From positions 11,842,001-11,906,000 of the forward strand of contig JBHGNT010000002.1 of the NCBI GenBank assembly GCA_043228905.1: DNA of 64,000 bases, in the 5' to 3' direction. Shown piece after piece: positions 62,692-64,000 of the stretch. Every line of letters begins with the position of its first letter. Position 1 is the stretch's first letter. Source of the stretch: Azolla caroliniana. Its lineage: Eukaryota > Plantae > Polypodiophyta. Below the pieces are notes generated by a model that did not search any database, was not told where the DNA came from, and was given only the letters and a program-made list of their open reading frames with translations. Made by a program: the position numbers and the translations under genes.

Positions 62692-64000
62692 TGTCGTGAA
62701 GAAAACCGTCCACAAGCGGAATTGGTGCACCAGAGCGTAGGAACCGGCTCTTCATGCACGTACGCCTTATGTTGTACGTAAGAGAGAATTAGGTACATAG
62801 AAGATCCTAGGTAGGTAGATTCGGTAGGTAGGAAGTTAATGGGAAACGGCTCCTTTCTTGCCTATAAAAGGAGGGAGACGAGAAGGAGGAGGGGGGATCG
62901 AAGATAGAGAGGACGAAGTGTTGTCGGGTTGTCGGCCGAAGGCTTCTCTCTCTTCCATACTCCGTAGCTTCTTTCTGTGCAGGTTTCCGGGAGGCTCGCG
63001 CTGCTCTGAGGAATGCCCGAGTGCTTCCGGTAGCACCTCCAACCTACTCCTTTCTTTCTGTGCGTTTGTGAACTGGCATCGGCATCTGTTCGCCGGCCTG
63101 TTCGGTTGTAACCGACTTCGTGCTTCTTGTTGTTTGTCTTTGTTAATATATATATACATACATTCATGTCTCTCTGTGTCGGTGTCCCACTCGCGTCTTT
63201 GTGTCGAAGGGTCGTGTCCCTGTGAATCTACGCTCGCATGTAGTGGGTCCCTTCCCTTCTCCTTTCTCTCTTGTTCTTTGGTACAAGACCCCCGAGGCCC
63301 CGCCTCATTCCACGCATCCGCGAGGAATACCTCGACATCTTGGTGAACCCGACGTGAAGGAGGCGGCAGAAGAGCAAAAGATGAAGGGGTCGGATCTTGC
63401 GGAGGCCATGGCTTCAGCCGTGGATCGGATATTGAGCGCACGCGAGGGCACCGGCGCCCTCGACAGAGCCATTGAGGCGGTCGTCTGTACGATCGGCCGG
63501 TTCAGCGGAAAGGATGCCACGAAGTATTTGGCGTCCTACGGGGCAGAAATGCTGATGCGGGACATTCCGAAAGAGAGGCGTCTTGCCGGGTTCCCTCGAG
63601 TGGCGATGCCGAGCATCCATGCGGAGGTGCTCGAGGTGCGGGTGGAGAGCCGTACCTGGGAGGAGTTCGAAGGCCGACTCCTAGAAAAATACGGACTGGA
63701 CGACGCGCTCCGGCTTTCAAAACGGGACTTCATGGAATGGGTGAAGGCCCCCGGCAAGGGAAGAAACGCGTCGGCACTCCTCCGGGAGTTTGAAGAACGC
63801 TTTGCGCGCCTTTCGGCGCTTGACCGAACCATTCTGGATACGAGCCGGGTCCTACTGTTCGTCAAGTCGGTGGACGAGCGAGACCGGGATCAAGTTGGCT
63901 CCTTGCTGGAAACCGAAGACGGGCTGACGACCGACTGGGCTGCGGTTAAGAGAGTCTGTGGCCGTTTCGACAAACGGCAAGAATGGGTTGATAACGGGGC
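62692..64000 (+). mobile_element. 5' end of another tRNA-Trp-primed gypsy: LTR 62692-63337, PBS 63341-63357, gag
   Basis: TGTCGTG...CTCGACA; PBS TGGTGAACCCGACGTGA. Confidence 0.88.
63381..64000 (+). CDS. gag: Gag, running off the window end
   Basis: Frame reads MKGSDLAEAMASAVDRIL..GRFSGKDATKYLASY..; similar to the gag of D and G1. Confidence 0.75.
   Translation, partial: MKGSDLAEAMASAVDRILSAREGTGALDRAIEAVVCTIGRFSGKDATKYLASYGAEMLMRDIPKERRLAGFPRVAMPSIHAEVLEVRVESRTWEEFEGRLLEKYGLDDALRLSKRDFMEWVKAPGKGRNASALLREFEERFARLSALDRTILDTSRVLLFVKSVDERDRDQVGSLLETEDGLTTDWAAVKRVCGRFDKRQEWVDNG

Overview
Plant nuclear heterochromatin-like DNA made almost entirely of nested transposable elements; the element families suggest a non-seed plant such as a bryophyte, which is an inference. 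No intact host gene is visible. From left to right: a minus-strand gag-only Ty3/gypsy (tRNA-Trp PBS) is split by a very young LTR-internal tandem array (1321-9830; 4 LTRs, 3 internal regions, period 2663 bp, TSD GTCGT). Copia and gypsy fragments follow. A 42-kb nest then has copia A (14799-~56597) containing solo LTRs and gypsy D (20903-56002). Gypsy D contains gypsy B (24325-44717) and copia B (45004-51194). An 11.6-kb Sola-type DNA transposon (33030-44662, 26-bp TIRs, TGAG TSD) sits in the 3' LTR of gypsy B. A truncated LINE and two more gypsy elements end the window. There are two main candidates for novelty. (1) Three distinct LTR elements whose LTRs start TGTTACC carry a copy of a tRNA-Arg 3' end (..CACGGGCGTGCCA) where the polypurine tract should be, suggesting tRNA-primed plus-strand synthesis or an antisense genomic RNA. 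(2) The DNA transposon carries an intact 5-exon, ~937-aa RING-H2 accessory gene, AGTACT-rich intronic arrays and a captured host-gene fragment. All family assignments come from motif recognition by eye, not from database searches.
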